Positions 49,793-51,978 of a stretch of 51,978 nucleotides of DNA are shown here, piece after piece. Under the pieces are notes generated by a model. The model saw nothing but the letters and a program-made list of their open reading frames with translations. It did not search any database and was not told the DNA's origin. The translations under genes were made by a program, and so were the position numbers. The DNA lies in the sequence record DRR378314_947. One strand, written 5' to 3'. Within the stretch, counting starts at the first letter, position 1. Each line of letters opens with the position of its first letter.

Positions 49793-50103
49793 TCACCCAT
49801 TAATTTTGAAGAGCAAGATGCCCCGCCCTCTTACAATAACTTCCAATTTTCAGATGACGGATTGTCAAAAGATCCGTCCTGATACCAGTACTGCCGCGCC
49901 GACATGACAATTCGGACTACGAAATACCTGAAAATACCAGTATTTACCAACAGTTCAATCTATATGACAGATAATGGTTAATATTTTTCGAGCATAAAAG
50001 CAGAAATTGCATCACTGCTACTCTTTTCCCCTAAAGCTATCAACCAATTTTATCTTTTTCTGTCGGTTTTACCCCCATCGGCCCCTTGAAAGGAGTGCTA
50101 ACC

Positions 50104-50141
50104 AAAAAAACCGGCATCTTTATGACACCGGTTTCTTTTTT
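50104..50141 (-). terminator. Rho-independent terminator after the CoA transferase gene
   Basis: A7-CCGG...CCGG-T-rich hairpin. Confidence 0.65.
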
Positions 50142-50163
50142 CATTCGATTTTCACCCACCCGC

Positions 50164-51555
50164 TCAGTTCAACCACTCAGCCTTGGCAGAGCCAAGTGCC
50201 GGTGAAGGTCCGGCGTAGCGCGGCTGGATCTCTTTATAACGGACAATCGGCGCCATATGACGGATGTCTCCATAATCAGTCTGACTGGTCTGTTGCAGCG
50301 CGACAACCTCCTCCGGGCTTAGCGGGGTTGCCCGCGACGGATCGGCAACACGGCCCTGCTGCTGCAGGAACATGGCCGTCTGACAGAGGGAGGCTTTCAC
50401 ATGATAGCTGCCCCCTTCGCGGGCCCGACGGGCCAATGCCAGCATGGTGCCATAAGCGCCCAGATATCCGGTCCCATAATCGGAGAAGAAAACCGGCAAC
50501 AGCTCTGGGAATTCACCATTTTCATGGCTCACGCCGGTCACCGTCTGGGCAATCTGCTCCCATCCGCCCCGATTGCTGAACGGGCCGCCACTGCCATAAC
50601 AATTGAGCGTAGTGTAAATAATGCCGGGGCGAATTTCGGCCAGCTCTTCGGGGCCGAATCCCTTTTCGGACAAGGCATTGGGTCGATACCCCTGGGAGAA
50701 CACATCCGCCTGTTTGACCAGCTCGCGCAGTTGGGCCGCCTCGGCGCTATCGCGCATATCCAGATAACAGCTCCGCTTACCGTGCGACAGATCGATCACG
50801 AATTTCTTGATCTGCGGTACATGCTTGGCCGCCACCATCAACACATCAGCGCCATATTCACCCAGGGTCCGCGCCGCCACCGGCCCAGCCAGAATCCGCG
50901 TCAGGTCGAGCACCCGCACTCCGGCAAGCGGTGGCCCATCAGGCACAAACGGCTCCGGATCACTCTCGCCAATTTTCTCAATTTCCACCACTGCCTGCGC
51001 GGCCAGGGCCTGCCCATGAGGGTGAGCCTGCCATTCGGCTTCCGTGCGGACGATCCCGCCGCAACAATTGGCCTCGGCAATCGCCTGATCCAGATCTTCG
51101 GCAGTCCATTTGGCTACTGCCTTGCCGATCGCCTGGGCGTCAAAGTCGCACCCTAGAATATCCAGCACTTTCTGCTTCATATGCCGCATGCCAAAATGCG
51201 GCATGAACAGGCGGTCATCTTTCGTCCAGTAGGGGGCGATTGTATCATAGGCCTGCTGGGCAAGCGGCGAATCCTTCATCGCTTCATAGGAGCCGTCCGG
51301 CTGTTTGAATTCCAGATAATTACTGCTGTTCAGGGCGGCGGCTGCATGCCGGATATCAACCGAAGGGCTATCCTGCCGACCGGTTTTCAGCTTCCAGATA
51401 TCACTCGCGGCAACCCCGTTCGCGGCAAAAATCGCCGCGCCCGTCTCCGCCACTTTAAATCGGGTGTCATAAACTGGATCGGTGCCGGTAATTGTCGCGG
51501 TTGGCTCGTCATCAAGCCCGCGAACCCGCATCAACTCCTGAAAGGCTTTATTCAT
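50164..51555 (-). CDS. Class III (CaiB/BaiF) CoA transferase
   Basis: PLAGVRVLDLTRILAGP..ARTL..YGADV, HGKRS, ADVFSQGYRP, SDYGTG. Confidence 0.9.
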   Translation of the reverse strand: MNKAFQELMRVRGLDDEPTATITGTDPVYDTRFKVAETGAAIFAANGVAASDIWKLKTGRQDSPSVDIRHAAAALNSSNYLEFKQPDGSYEAMKDSPLAQQAYDTIAPYWTKDDRLFMPHFGMRHMKQKVLDILGCDFDAQAIGKAVAKWTAEDLDQAIAEANCCGGIVRTEAEWQAHPHGQALAAQAVVEIEKIGESDPEPFVPDGPPLAGVRVLDLTRILAGPVAARTLGEYGADVLMVAAKHVPQIKKFVIDLSHGKRSCYLDMRDSAEAAQLRELVKQADVFSQGYRPNALSEKGFGPEELAEIRPGIIYTTLNCYGSGGPFSNRGGWEQIAQTVTGVSHENGEFPELLPVFFSDYGTGYLGAYGTMLALARRAREGGSYHVKASLCQTAMFLQQQGRVADPSRATPLSPEEVVALQQTSQTDYGDIRHMAPIVRYKEIQPRYAGPSPALGSAKAEWLN

Positions 51556-51627
51556 TGTTCTTATACCTCATTGAGTTTTTTTATGTGTCTCCCCAGTCTA
51601 AAGAACCCACCGCCCAACTGCAAAAAC

Positions 51628-51659
51628 AAAAAACCGGCCCCCTCTCAGGCGCCGGTTTT
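51628..51659 (-). terminator. Rho-independent terminator of ilvC
   Basis: A6-CCGGC...GCCGG-T4. Confidence 0.75.
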
Positions 51660-51688
51660 CAATCATCTCAACGAATAGACGCGAGCAC

Positions 51689-51978
51689 CTAGTTCTTGGA
51701 TTTATCGACCATGGCGTTTTCGCCGATCCAGGACATCATGCCGCGAAGCTTGGCGCCAACTTCTTCGATCTGGTGGGCGTCGTTAAGCGCGCGAGTGGCT
51801 TTCAGGTATGGCTGGCGAACCTTGTTTTCCAGCATGAAGTCACGGGTGAATTTACCGGTTTGAATGTCGGTCAGAACCTTCTTCATTTCGGCTTTGGTTT
51901 CCGGTGTGATGATCCGTGGGCCAGTGACATACTCGCCATATTCCGCAGTGTTGGAGATGGAGTAGTTCATGTTGGCGA
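51689..51978 (-). CDS. ilvC: Ketol-acid reductoisomerase, 3' part
   Basis: [19 protein letters not shown]...MKKVL.DIQ.G.F...[16 protein letters not shown]. Confidence 0.95.
   Translation of the reverse strand, partial: ANMNYSISNTAEYGEYVTGPRIITPETKAEMKKVLTDIQTGKFTRDFMLENKVRQPYLKATRALNDAHQIEEVGAKLRGMMSWIGENAMVDKSKN

Overview
A ~52 kb chromosomal segment of an alphaproteobacterium (inferred from GapR/DUF2312, a zinc-free L36 and the mreBCD-mrdA-rodA order), probably a marine heterotroph. Core genes are pyk, glcDEF, rpmJ, mreB-mreC-mreD-mrdA-rodA and the 3' end of ilvC. Accessory content includes two paralogous TRAP (DctPQM) operons, many acyl-CoA catabolic genes, two orphan histidine kinases, a VPLPA-CTERM protein, and a Fur-box-preceded operon of imelysin, di-heme DHOR, imelysin and DUF1513. 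No tRNA, rRNA, CRISPR array, integrase or transposase was recognised. Signals not explained by the ORF track: (1) a diverged (~83% identical), frameshifted second copy of the DUF1513 gene 3' end, which with the intact gene brackets a methyltransferase-TetR cassette as direct repeats; (2) a sigma70-type promoter with a palindrome in its spacer, next to a TetR gene, that leads only to a ~200-nt unit with tiny ORFs; (3) three exact TTCG-N6-CGAA boxes around the IclR-TRAP cluster; (4) CtrA-like boxes in front of uncharacterised genes. All functional calls come from motif recognition only; no searches were run.
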